Origin: Candidatus Kuenenia stuttgartensis
GTDB taxonomy: Bacteria; Planctomycetota; UBA11346
DNA length: 64,000 bases
Assembly (NCBI GenBank): GCA_945876185.1
Contig: CAMCMZ010000001.1
Coordinates: 66,310-130,309 of the forward strand
Reading direction: 5' to 3'
Shown: piece after piece, positions 9,988-19,594 of the stretch
Position numbering within the stretch: position 1 is the first letter of the stretch
How the letters are laid out: each line of letters starts with the position of its first letter
Position numbers and translations under genes: made by a program
Notes under the pieces: generated by a model
Databases searched by the model: none
Told to the model about the DNA's origin: nothing
Seen by the model: only the letters and a program-made list of their open reading frames with translations

Positions 9988-11169
9988 TCAGCGGTTCGGC
10001 CGGGCGGCTTTGCCCGGACGCGGGGCGGGCGGATCCTCGTCATCATCCTCGCGCCCGGCTTTCGCCTTCTCCGTCTCCTTTTCCGCACTGGTCGCCACCA
10101 CATCGGTGTCCTCGTCGTCCTCCTCGTCGTCGTCCTGGGCGCCCTCGCCGACGGCTTCGCGGCGCTTGAGGGTCGCGATGCGGTGGATGAACCGTTCGCT
10201 CAGGATCTCGACCTCAGCGATCATGCTGTTGAGGTAGCTGTTGAAGAAGAAGAAGGAAAACAATGAGGGGATGGCGACGAACAGCGCGAAGGCGGTCGAG
10301 AACAGCTTGACCCGGATGCCGGCGGCAAGGATCGAAGCCTTGGCCGCCCCGGTGGTTGAGGCCACGCCTTCGAACACGATCACCATGCCGATGATGGTGC
10401 CGAGCAGGCCGAGCAGCGGGGCCGCCACCGAGATCACGTTGAGCAGCCGCACCGGGAAGCGCAGGCGGTTGATCTGGGCGCTGGCCGCGACGCTGACCCG
10501 TTCCTTGATGTCCTCCAGGTTCGACGAATGCCAGTGCGCGACCATGGCCCGACAGACCACCGCGAACAGGCCCTTGCGCGCGTAGGCGAGATCGGTGAAG
10601 CCTTCAATGTCGCCGGCCTTGAGCAGCTTCAGCCCGCGCTGTTCGAGATCCTGGTCGATCTGGCGCCGCCGCCGGAAGATCCAGATGCAGTTGATGGTCA
10701 TGACCAGGGTCACCACCCCGAGCAGGGCGATGGGATGGAGGGCGGGACCGCCCTGGATGTAGAGGTCGAGCAGGGTCAGACTGGCGGCGATGGTCGCGGG
10801 GCCGGCCCCCTGGACGCGCTGGAAGCGCTGACCGGGTTCGGCGGTGCCGTTGGTGCGCTGGAGCACGAACGATCCGCCGTTCTGGCCCTTGGAGCTGATC
10901 CGCACCACCTTGAAGAAGGTCTTCTGGTCGTTGCGGTAGATGTCGCCTTCCGCCAGGGTGGTGATGTTCTCGTCGGTGTTGACCGGGAATTCCTTCTTGT
11001 CACCGGCTCCGGCGTCCTCGGCCTCGGCCTTGGCCTTGTCGTCGTCGACGATCACCTTGGTGAGATCGAGCGGTTTCTCCTCGACCGCCGCCGGCAAGGC
11101 CGGCGCGCCGATGCCTGCGAAAATGGCGAGGAAGGCCAGGAGGATGAGGGACAAGGGGATGGATCGCAT
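9988..11169 (-). CDS. exbB: MotA/TolQ/ExbB proton-channel protein with signal peptide, ~110 aa N-terminal periplasmic extension and acidic C-terminal tail
   Basis: ORF 9988..11292. Start moved to ATG 11169 (MRSIPLSLILLAFLAIFAG, signal-like) because upstream codons are a 12 bp tandem repeat. Conserved PLLGLLGTIIGMVIVFEG motif. Tail DDDEEDDEDTD. Confidence 0.85.
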   Translation of the reverse strand: MRSIPLSLILLAFLAIFAGIGAPALPAAVEEKPLDLTKVIVDDDKAKAEAEDAGAGDKKEFPVNTDENITTLAEGDIYRNDQKTFFKVVRISSKGQNGGSFVLQRTNGTAEPGQRFQRVQGAGPATIAASLTLLDLYIQGGPALHPIALLGVVTLVMTINCIWIFRRRRQIDQDLEQRGLKLLKAGDIEGFTDLAYARKGLFAVVCRAMVAHWHSSNLEDIKERVSVAASAQINRLRFPVRLLNVISVAAPLLGLLGTIIGMVIVFEGVASTTGAAKASILAAGIRVKLFSTAFALFVAIPSLFSFFFFNSYLNSMIAEVEILSERFIHRIATLKRREAVGEGAQDDDEEDDEDTDVVATSAEKETEKAKAGREDDDEDPPAPRPGKAARPNR

Positions 11170-11187
11170 GGTGGCTCCGGAGCGGAC

Positions 11188-11280
11188 GGGAAGGCGGGTG
11201 GAAAGGCGGGTGGAAAGGCGGGTGAAAAGGCGGGTGGGAAGGCGGGCGGGGGATAGGAAGGCGGGTGGGGGTGGGAAAGC
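11188..11280. repeat. G-rich 12 bp tandem repeat (GGAAAGGCGGGT-like, ~5 good copies then degenerate)
   Basis: GGGAAGGCGGGT GGAAAGGCGGGT GGAAAGGCGGGT GAAAAGGCGGGT GGGAAGGCGGGC..., read directly. Located in the 119 nt spacer between the TPR-1170 stop (11289) and the exbB start (11169). Confidence 0.85.
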
Positions 11281-11288
11281 AGGCATGG

Positions 11289-14200
11289 TCACTTGTTAGC
11301 CGGACTCTTGGCGAGTTCCTTCTGTACCGCGACCAGTAGGGCGCGGGCCTCGTCGATGGCCTGGCGGTCGCCCTTGGGGAAGTCGCGCAGCAGGCGTTCG
11401 AGCAGATCGCGCGATTTCTCAAAGGCTTTGAGCTGTTGCGCGCAACGGGCCGCCTCAAGCAGGCTGGTCTCGCGGGCGAAGGTGGCGACGCTGGTCTCGA
11501 ACCAGGTCATCGCCTCCTTGGGGTTCGGCGGTGGACCGCTGCGCACGGTGACCGCCACCTGGAAGGCGGCGTCGGCCTTGACGTCCTCGTAGGTGTCCGC
11601 CTTGGCCAGACTCTTGAGCACGGCCAGGCCCTCGGCGGTCTTGCCCTGGCCGAGCAGGCTGCGGCCGCTCAGCACCTCGAGGCGGGTACGCCAGTCGCTG
11701 CGCGGGAATTCGCGGTTGAACTGCTGGAAGCACGCGTCGAAGTCCTTCCAGGCCTTGGCCTCGATCCAGGCTCGGCCGGTCCAGATCGCGACTTCCTCAA
11801 TCGCCGGGAAGCGGGGGTGATCGCGTTTGAGGATGGCCAGGGTCTTGCCGGCACCGGCGAAATCACTGCGGCGAAACTGGCTCTGCCCAGCCATGAACAA
11901 GGCCCGGTCGCGGCTGGGGTTCTTGGCCAGGGCGGGATCGTCGGCGAAGGGCTGCAGCGCCAGCGCAGCCTGGGTGAAGTCGTCCTTCTTGAAATGGAGG
12001 ACGCCAAGATTGTAGCGGATTTCGCCTTGATCGAGATCCTTGGGCACCGGCAGGCGGATGCCATCCCAGCGTGAGGACCGGTTCAGGCGTTCTTGCGCCG
12101 GGATCGGGATCGCCTGGTTGGTCTTGGGGTCGAGCTTGTTCTCGCCGTATTCATCAAGGAGCGCGGCATAGGCGTTGACCGCGATCTGGTAGTTGTCGGC
12201 GGTACCGGCCTGGACCCCGAGGATCTTCAGGGCTGACAGGCGGAAACGCTGATTGCTCGGATCGCGCAGGCCGTCGAGGTACGGCTTCCAGGCGTTGATC
12301 AGGCGGGTGAGGTCGCCGAGCTCCTTGTACGCCGAACCGAGGGCATAGCGGGCGATGGGGACCTGGTCATCAAGTGCATAGGCCACGCGCTCCGGCTCGC
12401 TCAGCCGGCTGGGGTCGCGCTGATAACGATCCAGGAAGCATTGGAAGACGGCGGCGGCGCGCTCGTGCTCGCCGAGTTCGAGCCAGATCTGGCCGGCGCG
12501 CATCATCGCGGCACGGACATAGCGGACGGCGCTGTCATCGTTGGCGGCAACCCAGGGCTGCCAGTTCTTGGCGAATTCAGCCGGAACCAGGCTCTTGCAC
12601 ACCACCTGGGTCCACAGCGCCTCGGCCAGGGCCTTGCGGTTCTCTTTGGTCTCGCCGGCCTTGCCCTTGCCCAGTTCCAGGGCCAGCCAGTACTTCGCCT
12701 CGGGCAGCCAGCGGTTGCGCTCGGGCAGATTCTTCACCAGCCACTGGTAGGCGGCGACCATGTTCCTTTCATGGCCCTGCATGTACCAGGCCTGGGCGAT
12801 GCGGCCGGAGGCATCCTGGATCTGCTTGGTCACTTCGTCATCGGCGGGGACGAAGGCGGCGGTGAAGTTGCCGTCGCCGTCCTGTTTCGGCCCATAGGTG
12901 ATGATGAATTCCTTCCAGGACTTTGCCGCCTTGGAGAAATCCTTGCGCAGGTAGTGCAGCTCGGCGAGGTAGAACCGGGCGTTGCGGGCCACGTCCGACA
13001 GCGGCCCGGCGTCGGCGATGAGTTTTTCGGTATCAGCGATGGCGTCCTTCACCGCGTCGTCGCCGGCGACCCGGGTGATCATTCCCTTGAGGTAGTCGTT
13101 AGCCTTGGCCTGGAGTTTGACATCGGCTTTTTCTTCCAGCGCCTGTTTGCGGGTGATGTCGAACAGCTCCTGGTATTTCTTGCGGGCAAGGTTGGTGTTC
13201 CCGGCGATCTCGGCGATCCGGGCGACGGCCTCCAGGCCGGGCACGCGGTAGCGGTTGCTGCTGTCGGCCGGCAGGATGGAGATGGATTTTTCGTAGGCTA
13301 CGATGGCGGTAGCCCAAGATTCCTTGGTGCCGCCATGGCCCAGGCAGTAGCCGTTCTGGGCGTGGCAGTAGGCGGTCAGGTCGGGCGTGAGGACCGTCAC
13401 ATAGGTCTTTAGGATCTGCTGGTATTCCACCGCCAGGGCGGCGGTCGCGACGGCGCTGCGGGGGTCGCGGGGATTGCGATTGCGGTCGAGCCGGCCCAGG
13501 GCCTGGTCCTGGATGGCGATGGCGGCCTCGGCGGCGGCCAGGGTGCCCGGCTGCTTGGCGATGATGTCCTTCCAGAATTGATCATCGAGGGTGATGTCGG
13601 GTCGCGCCTTCTCGCCCAGGGCGTCCTGGCAGGCGATGATCCGGCCGAGCACGTTGATCTTGGTGCCGAGCGAACGCAGCATGAGGTAATAATCGAGCGC
13701 GACGGCCCAGTTCTTCTTCAGGTAGTTGGCCTCGGCGAGGTTGAACCAGCACTGTTCCAGGATCTCGGTCTTGCGCGCGGTTTCGATGTCACGGACGAGG
13801 TTGGCCGCCACCTCAAAGCGCTGCAGGGCCTGGTCCTGATCCTTGAGGTCACGCTGCCAGATCTGGGCCGCCAGTACCAGCGCCTCGGCGGCGAAGGCGC
13901 GCAGCGAGGGCTGGGTGTACTTGCCGACCGCGTCGAGCGTCTTAGTTGCGCCGGCAAAGTCCTTGCGTTCGTGCAGGATCACCCCGAGCAGGTATTCGGC
14001 GGCGACCGCCTCCTGGCTGCCGGGGAAGCGCGTGCGTACCTGTTCGCACAATCCGGCCGCGACGTCGAGCTTGCCTTTCTGGCGGTTGAGCGCCGCGACC
14101 TTCAGCAGCAGTTCAGGAAGATGGACGTCGCTCGGCCATTTCTCGGCGAGGTAAGTGATCGCCTGGACCGCGTCGTCAAGTTTTTCCGCATGCAGCCACA

Positions 14201-14801
14201 GCAGGGCCAATTTGTAGGCCGCGACCGGGGCGAGCGGGGAGGTGCGCCGGCGCAGGATGTTGAACTTGGCGGCGGCGTCGTCCCATTTGGTCAGGATGGC
14301 GTAATAGCCCCCCGCCAGCATGAGGGCGTCGTCCTCGTACAAACCGCCGCCGCCGGCGAGGAGCTTTTCGAGGATGGCCACCGCCTCTTTGTGGTTCTTG
14401 AGCGAGGCCTGGAGCTTGCCGAGCGAGAACAGGGCCTCGTCGCGGCCGCGGAACTTGGCCTGGGTGTTGGCGACCGCAGTGTACTGCTCCACCGCCTCTT
14501 CCAGCTTGCCGAGGTCCTCATAGCAGCGGCCGAGCCGGTAACGCGTCTCGAAGGCCTGGCTGTGGTCGGGATAGCGCTTGAGGAAGTCTTCATAGACCTT
14601 GGCAGCCGCGCTGCTGTTGCCGTCCTTGGTCAGGCGCTCGGCCCCGACCAGGGATTCCTCCGGGGTCGCAGCCGTGAGCGGCGCCGGCAGCACGACGGCG
14701 GCGGCGAGGAGCAGGCCTGCGAGGCTGCCCCAGTGCCTGCCCCGATGCTCGGCGAGAGGATGTCGGGCACGCAACGAATCCGCCTTGGGGTGGAAGGCCA
14801 T
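11289..14801 (-). CDS. large secreted tetratricopeptide-repeat protein (1170 aa)
   Basis: N-terminal signal-like segment (LAGLLLAAAVVLPAPLTAA). The rest is a recurrent 34-residue helical-pair pattern (A..Y..FL..YP.......A.Y.LG.CY...G....A). The 3 nt gap to the upstream TPR gene implies co-transcription. Confidence 0.8.
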   Translation of the reverse strand: MAFHPKADSLRARHPLAEHRGRHWGSLAGLLLAAAVVLPAPLTAATPEESLVGAERLTKDGNSSAAAKVYEDFLKRYPDHSQAFETRYRLGRCYEDLGKLEEAVEQYTAVANTQAKFRGRDEALFSLGKLQASLKNHKEAVAILEKLLAGGGGLYEDDALMLAGGYYAILTKWDDAAAKFNILRRRTSPLAPVAAYKLALLWLHAEKLDDAVQAITYLAEKWPSDVHLPELLLKVAALNRQKGKLDVAAGLCEQVRTRFPGSQEAVAAEYLLGVILHERKDFAGATKTLDAVGKYTQPSLRAFAAEALVLAAQIWQRDLKDQDQALQRFEVAANLVRDIETARKTEILEQCWFNLAEANYLKKNWAVALDYYLMLRSLGTKINVLGRIIACQDALGEKARPDITLDDQFWKDIIAKQPGTLAAAEAAIAIQDQALGRLDRNRNPRDPRSAVATAALAVEYQQILKTYVTVLTPDLTAYCHAQNGYCLGHGGTKESWATAIVAYEKSISILPADSSNRYRVPGLEAVARIAEIAGNTNLARKKYQELFDITRKQALEEKADVKLQAKANDYLKGMITRVAGDDAVKDAIADTEKLIADAGPLSDVARNARFYLAELHYLRKDFSKAAKSWKEFIITYGPKQDGDGNFTAAFVPADDEVTKQIQDASGRIAQAWYMQGHERNMVAAYQWLVKNLPERNRWLPEAKYWLALELGKGKAGETKENRKALAEALWTQVVCKSLVPAEFAKNWQPWVAANDDSAVRYVRAAMMRAGQIWLELGEHERAAAVFQCFLDRYQRDPSRLSEPERVAYALDDQVPIARYALGSAYKELGDLTRLINAWKPYLDGLRDPSNQRFRLSALKILGVQAGTADNYQIAVNAYAALLDEYGENKLDPKTNQAIPIPAQERLNRSSRWDGIRLPVPKDLDQGEIRYNLGVLHFKKDDFTQAALALQPFADDPALAKNPSRDRALFMAGQSQFRRSDFAGAGKTLAILKRDHPRFPAIEEVAIWTGRAWIEAKAWKDFDACFQQFNREFPRSDWRTRLEVLSGRSLLGQGKTAEGLAVLKSLAKADTYEDVKADAAFQVAVTVRSGPPPNPKEAMTWFETSVATFARETSLLEAARCAQQLKAFEKSRDLLERLLRDFPKGDRQAIDEARALLVAVQKELAKSPANK

Positions 14802-14804
14802 CGC

Positions 14805-17800
14805 TCAATTCTCTTTCTTGGTGTTTGGCTTCGCGTTTGGCTGCGCGTTGGGTACGGAGGTCGGGGTGACCACGGGGGCCGGCGTAGGCACCGCAACCGG
14901 CGCCGCATCACCGCCGGATTCGCCAGAAGGCCCCGGATTGCCGACCGGCTTGGCACCGATCCCGGGCGGCAGCCCGAGCCGGGCGCGCGCGCGTTCTGCA
15001 TACGGTGAGAGCGGGAAGCGGTCGACGACCTGCTGCAAGCGTTCCCGGGCGAGATCCTTTCGGCCGAGCTGGTCGAGACATTCACCCAGATGGTAGGTGC
15101 CGCGCACCGCCGACTCGGCGGTGGTGGTGAACACCAGCAGGTATTCCAGGTTCTCGCGCGCCTTGTCCCAATCCTGGGTGCGCATGCCGATGCGGGCGAG
15201 CTGGATGAGCGCATCGGCTGCGAGGTAATCGTCGGGCGCCGAGGCGCAGGCCTGCAGGCGCTCGTTCGCCTTGGCCCAGCGCCCCTCGCGCACGTCGGCC
15301 TGGGCCAGGGCCCAGTAGTTCCAGGTCGCGCGGGCGTGATCGGTGCGCGGTCGCGCCTTGCGCAGGTCGTCGGGCAGGTCGAGGTAGGAGCGCAGGAAAG
15401 CGGTCTCCTCGGCCGGGAAGTCGCGCTCGCTGGCTTTGCCGGCGCTCAGCTTGCAGGCCCATTCCGCCAGGGCGGCGATGCGGCGTTCCGACGGCAGCGC
15501 GGCTTCTTTGGTCAGCAGCGCATATTGCTCGGCCGCTGCGCTGGCCTGGCCGGCGCGCATCAGGGCGCGGGCATAGGCATCGCGCAGGCGCTGCAGTTCC
15601 TCACCAGGCTGGGCCGAGGTCAGCAGCGGCTTCAGGCGATCCGCCGCCCCGGCGTAGTCGGCCATATCGAAGCGGATCCACGCGACCTCGATCTCGATCC
15701 GGCGCTTCTCGGCTGGATCCTTGGCCTCCTTGGCCAGGGTCTCAAGCATGGCGATGACCTCGGGGAAGCGCTTCAGGCCGCGGTAGACGGCCAGCATCAG
15801 GCCCTGGGTCTCGCGCCGGCGCTCGGTCTCGGGATAGCGCCGAAGCAGGAGCTGGGCGTTTTCCAGGGCCTGCGGCATCAGGCCATCCTTGCGGTAGGCC
15901 GAGGCGAGACGGAAGTAGGCCCGTTCGGCGATCGGGGGTTCGAGATTCTCTATCCGCACCGCCAGGCCCTGCTCTTCGAGCACGTCGCAGAGCAGATCGA
16001 AGCCGCTCTGCGCGATCGCAGGGCGGTTGATCGGGGTGAAGCCGGTCTGGGCGGTCGGGTCGAGCACCAGGTTCACGTGCGCCTGGATGCGCATGAAGTC
16101 GGTGAACTGGTCCGGACCCGCGTCCTTGAGCGCACCCGTCACCTTTTCGCCGAGGACGAACTGGGTGTCGTAGGCCATCAAGGCACGCACCGCCTCGCGA
16201 TCGAGCTTGGGCTTTTCCGGCGGCTGAGCGTCCGGCACCTTAGTTTCAGGCGTCGCGCTGGCGGGCGCTGCTGCGGCAGGCGTCGCGCTGGCGGCCGGCT
16301 TGGCGTCCGGCCCCGGTTTGGGCCGGTAGACCACCACGCGCTCCTCGGCGGCGCGGGCGTAGTAGGTCACCGCCTCGTTGAACTTCTTCTCGTTTTCCAG
16401 GATCCAGCCGATCCAGAAATTGGCCTGGTGCCAGTATTCATACGCCGGCTGGTCGAAGACCTTGAGGTATTCGCGCAGGATCGCGCGCATGCGCTCGTAG
16501 TCCTTGAGGCTGTAGAAGTTGATCGCGACCATGAACAGAGCGCGTTCGCCGTAGTTCGACTTGGGGTCGAGCTTGCGCACCTTGTTGAAGCAGTCCTTGG
16601 CGAATTCGTACCATTCGCCGGCGACATCCTGGCGCACCACCTGCGCCTGCAGGCTCTGGCTGGCGAGCAGGGTGGTGAGCACCTCGGCACAGGACTGCTG
16701 CTCTTTCCCCGCATCCTTGAACTCAGCCGCGAGCTTGCCTTCCTTGTCGATCCCCGGGGTCCAGGTGACTCGCAGCCGGGTCGCGGCCTCGATCTGCTTG
16801 AGGATGTCATAAAGCATCGGCGCGCGGCCCGGGGTGTTGATCCGGCCAATCCGCGCCGCGAGCTGGGGGAAGCGGGCGAGGCCCTGGTGGCTGTCATAGA
16901 TTTCCAGCACCCGCACCCGTTCATGGTCAGGATCATCCTCGGCGGCGGCGGGCGGCTCGATGGTCGGCTTGCCACCGCTGAGCCCGACATCAAAGGCGAC
17001 CCGGAAGGCAGGATCAAGAATGCGATCGAGCGCCTCGGCCACGGTCTGCGAACCATCAGCCAGGTCGCGCCGGGTCGTCGCCAGCCAGCCGGCGATGGTC
17101 TTGGGGTCGGTTGGATTGGACTTGGAGTTGGAGTTGGAGTTGGAGTTGGAGTGAGTCCAGACCAGGGGGATGCCGGCAGTCTTGCTCAACGCCACCAGCG
17201 CCTCGCCGGCCAGCACCTGCTTGCCGCCATTAGGCCAGGTCAACTCGACGCGCTTGCTCAGGGGCGCATAGGTCCGGCGCACCTCGTCGCCGAGATCGAT
17301 CCCGGCCTTGGCCCCGATCTGGATGACATAGGAGCTGAGATCGCGTGCCTTCAGCGCCTCGCGGCCGGCCCGGCTGTAGAGGCTGCCGGCGGTGAAATAC
17401 AAGCGGGTGAGATCCTCGGCGGCGAGTTCGCGGCCGCGATCCGCGACCCCGGCATATTGTTTGCCCGCCTCGGCAAAGCGGCTCTGGTCGCGATACCAGT
17501 CGCCGAGATCGAGGGCGAGCTTCTGGAAGCGCGGATCGGCGCCGTATTCGCCTTCGAGTTCCTGATAGCGCGCCTCGGCCTTGATCCGGTGCTCCGGCAC
17601 CGGCGATTTCAGCATCGCCTCAAGCAGGGCGAGTTCGATGCTCTTGACCAGCTCCAGGCGCTTGGGCGGCACCGTGGCGCGGGCCTTCTGCAGGATCGCG
17701 ACCGCAGTTTCGGCCTTGGCATCCTTGCGCCAGACCGGTGCCACCTCGCCGCGCTTGGGTTCAGGCGGCTGCACCGAGGCGATCTCGGCGCTGCCGCGCA

Positions 17801-19376
17801 GCAGCCCGGCCTCGGCGCGCAGCGCGGCCCACGATTCCTCAGCGAGGCCGGCACCGGTGAAGGCGCGCTCATCGAGCAGCCGGTCACAGGCCGCTGCGGT
17901 GGCCATCCAGTCGGGGGCCTTGAGCACTTTCCTGGTTTTTTCCTCGACCAGGGTCTTGGCGTGATGGCGGGCGAGGCTGAGCAGGGATTCCGCCGCCTCG
18001 CTGCTGCCCGGACGATCCTTGGCGGTGCGTTCCCAGAGCTTGAGCTGGTCGTCGGCGCTGCGGGCAAAGGCGGTGTCCTGGCCCTTGCTGGTCAGGACCG
18101 CGATGTGCTCGGGCGCCTTCTTGGTCTCGGGCGCGAGCGGAAAGCGGGTGAAAAGCTGAGCGAAATATTCGCGCGATTTGGCGAAATGCGCCGCCGCCTG
18201 GGCCGGGCGGGCATCCAGGCCCTGATCGAGTTCGAACTTCCCGAGGTGGAACAGAGCATTCGCGGCGTAGGCGGTATTGCCGGTCGCCAGCACCCTTTCA
18301 TAGCATGGCGCAGCCTGGGTGGTCAGCGCCTTCTCGCGATAGAGGTCGCCCAGGGTGTTCTGCACCTGGGCGTAGCCCTGGGAATCGGCGCCGACCTTGC
18401 GCAGCCAGTTCTCGACCTTGGCGGGATTGCCATCGGACTTCGCCTTCTCGCTCAGGCCAAGGAGCAGGAACATGTCGGATTTCAGCCCCGAGGCCGGCAC
18501 CAGATCAATGAAGCCATCGCGCAGGAGCTGCTGTTGCGCACCGTTATGATCGCCGGTCTCATATGCCAGCTTGGCCAGGAGCAGTCGCGCCTTGGCCATC
18601 ACGGCGCTGTCGAAACGCACGGTTTCCAGGTGCTGGCGCGCCTCGGGGATCTTCTTGCGCTCCAGGTACAAGGCCCCGAGCTGGAGGCAGACCTGATCAT
18701 GCGCGGCGCCCACCGCCGCCGGAACCTGGGCCCGCTGGGACTCGGCCTGCTGAATCTGTTTTCGCAGCCCGTTGAGGATCCGGGCGAAGAGATCGAACGC
18801 CTTGTCGGCCATCCCGTTCTGGGCGAAGAAATTGCACAGGATCTGGTCCGCCTCGGTCAGGGTGTTGGCCGCGATCTTGCCGCTGTCGGCGTAGAGCTTC
18901 TGGTGGATCCCTTCGAGTTCGGCCTGCACGCCGCGACCGCGCGGGGCGAGGATGCTCATCTTATAGACCAGCAGGGTGCCGACCTGGGCGTCGACCGCGC
19001 GCTGGGCCGCGTAGCCATCGATGCGTTCAAGCGCGGCGGTGAAATCACCGAGCCGGTAGAGGGCGCAGGCGAGCCGATAGTCCGCTTTGGCCTTGTCGGT
19101 GGCAGAGCTGAGATTCTTCAGCGCCTTGGTGAAGGCAGTCCGAGCCGGATCATACTGGCCGGCGCGGTAGTGGGCTTCGCCCAGCAGGAGGAACTGGGTG
19201 CCGCAGGCGTCCTCGGATTTGCCCTGGATGTCGGCGGTCAGCAGCTTGATCGCATCGTTGAAGCGGCGGGTCTTGATGAGTTCGCCGGCCTGCGGCAGGA
19301 CATTCTGGTCGGCCGCCGCCAGACTGCCGGCGAACGCGCAAAGACTGGCGACGAGCAGGCCGGTACGGAAGCGCAT
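14805..19376 (-). CDS. giant secreted tetratricopeptide-repeat protein (1523 aa) with a non-TPR central insert
   Basis: Signal peptide MRFRTGLLVASLCAFAGSLAAA. TPR-like repeats occupy both thirds. The central ~200 aa (about 16680-17310) is non-TPR and includes an (SN)n tract encoded by a TGGAGT hexamer repeat at 17112-17152. Confidence 0.8.
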   Translation of the reverse strand: MRFRTGLLVASLCAFAGSLAAADQNVLPQAGELIKTRRFNDAIKLLTADIQGKSEDACGTQFLLLGEAHYRAGQYDPARTAFTKALKNLSSATDKAKADYRLACALYRLGDFTAALERIDGYAAQRAVDAQVGTLLVYKMSILAPRGRGVQAELEGIHQKLYADSGKIAANTLTEADQILCNFFAQNGMADKAFDLFARILNGLRKQIQQAESQRAQVPAAVGAAHDQVCLQLGALYLERKKIPEARQHLETVRFDSAVMAKARLLLAKLAYETGDHNGAQQQLLRDGFIDLVPASGLKSDMFLLLGLSEKAKSDGNPAKVENWLRKVGADSQGYAQVQNTLGDLYREKALTTQAAPCYERVLATGNTAYAANALFHLGKFELDQGLDARPAQAAAHFAKSREYFAQLFTRFPLAPETKKAPEHIAVLTSKGQDTAFARSADDQLKLWERTAKDRPGSSEAAESLLSLARHHAKTLVEEKTRKVLKAPDWMATAAACDRLLDERAFTGAGLAEESWAALRAEAGLLRGSAEIASVQPPEPKRGEVAPVWRKDAKAETAVAILQKARATVPPKRLELVKSIELALLEAMLKSPVPEHRIKAEARYQELEGEYGADPRFQKLALDLGDWYRDQSRFAEAGKQYAGVADRGRELAAEDLTRLYFTAGSLYSRAGREALKARDLSSYVIQIGAKAGIDLGDEVRRTYAPLSKRVELTWPNGGKQVLAGEALVALSKTAGIPLVWTHSNSNSNSNSKSNPTDPKTIAGWLATTRRDLADGSQTVAEALDRILDPAFRVAFDVGLSGGKPTIEPPAAAEDDPDHERVRVLEIYDSHQGLARFPQLAARIGRINTPGRAPMLYDILKQIEAATRLRVTWTPGIDKEGKLAAEFKDAGKEQQSCAEVLTTLLASQSLQAQVVRQDVAGEWYEFAKDCFNKVRKLDPKSNYGERALFMVAINFYSLKDYERMRAILREYLKVFDQPAYEYWHQANFWIGWILENEKKFNEAVTYYARAAEERVVVYRPKPGPDAKPAASATPAAAAPASATPETKVPDAQPPEKPKLDREAVRALMAYDTQFVLGEKVTGALKDAGPDQFTDFMRIQAHVNLVLDPTAQTGFTPINRPAIAQSGFDLLCDVLEEQGLAVRIENLEPPIAERAYFRLASAYRKDGLMPQALENAQLLLRRYPETERRRETQGLMLAVYRGLKRFPEVIAMLETLAKEAKDPAEKRRIEIEVAWIRFDMADYAGAADRLKPLLTSAQPGEELQRLRDAYARALMRAGQASAAAEQYALLTKEAALPSERRIAALAEWACKLSAGKASERDFPAEETAFLRSYLDLPDDLRKARPRTDHARATWNYWALAQADVREGRWAKANERLQACASAPDDYLAADALIQLARIGMRTQDWDKARENLEYLLVFTTTAESAVRGTYHLGECLDQLGRKDLARERLQQVVDRFPLSPYAERARARLGLPPGIGAKPVGNPGPSGESGGDAAPVAVPTPAPVVTPTSVPNAQPNAKPNTKKEN

Positions 19377-19594
19377 GGGATACTCACTCGCTGATGGCTG
19401 GTGAGGGCGAGATGACGGTCAGCCTCATCATACCCTTGGAAGGGGATCGCGTTGAAAAGAATCTTCATGGGCTTGCCGGGTTGTAGATCCTGTGGCAGAG
19501 CAGGCGACCGATGGGCGCAACCAGACCGCCCGTGGGCAGCCTGCGGCATCGTATCCGCCCCAGCGACCCTGGGGGGTCGTTACCAACTTGATCC

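Noticed and set aside
17112-17152. TGGAGT hexamer repeat encoding (SN)n in the 1523 aa TPR protein as a phase-variation switch
   Set aside because: The unit length is a multiple of three, so copy-number change only alters linker length and cannot switch the frame on or off.
15090-19394. 1434 aa ORF on the plus strand, and similar long ORFs at 8677-10266 (+), 44228-46336 (-), 19799-20875 (-), 54054-54998 (-) and 55148-56059 (-)
   Set aside because: All lie antisense to genes with clear family signatures. Their translations are low-complexity Arg/Gly/Ala/Pro-rich strings with no motifs. This is typical stop-codon-poor shadow framing in high-GC DNA.
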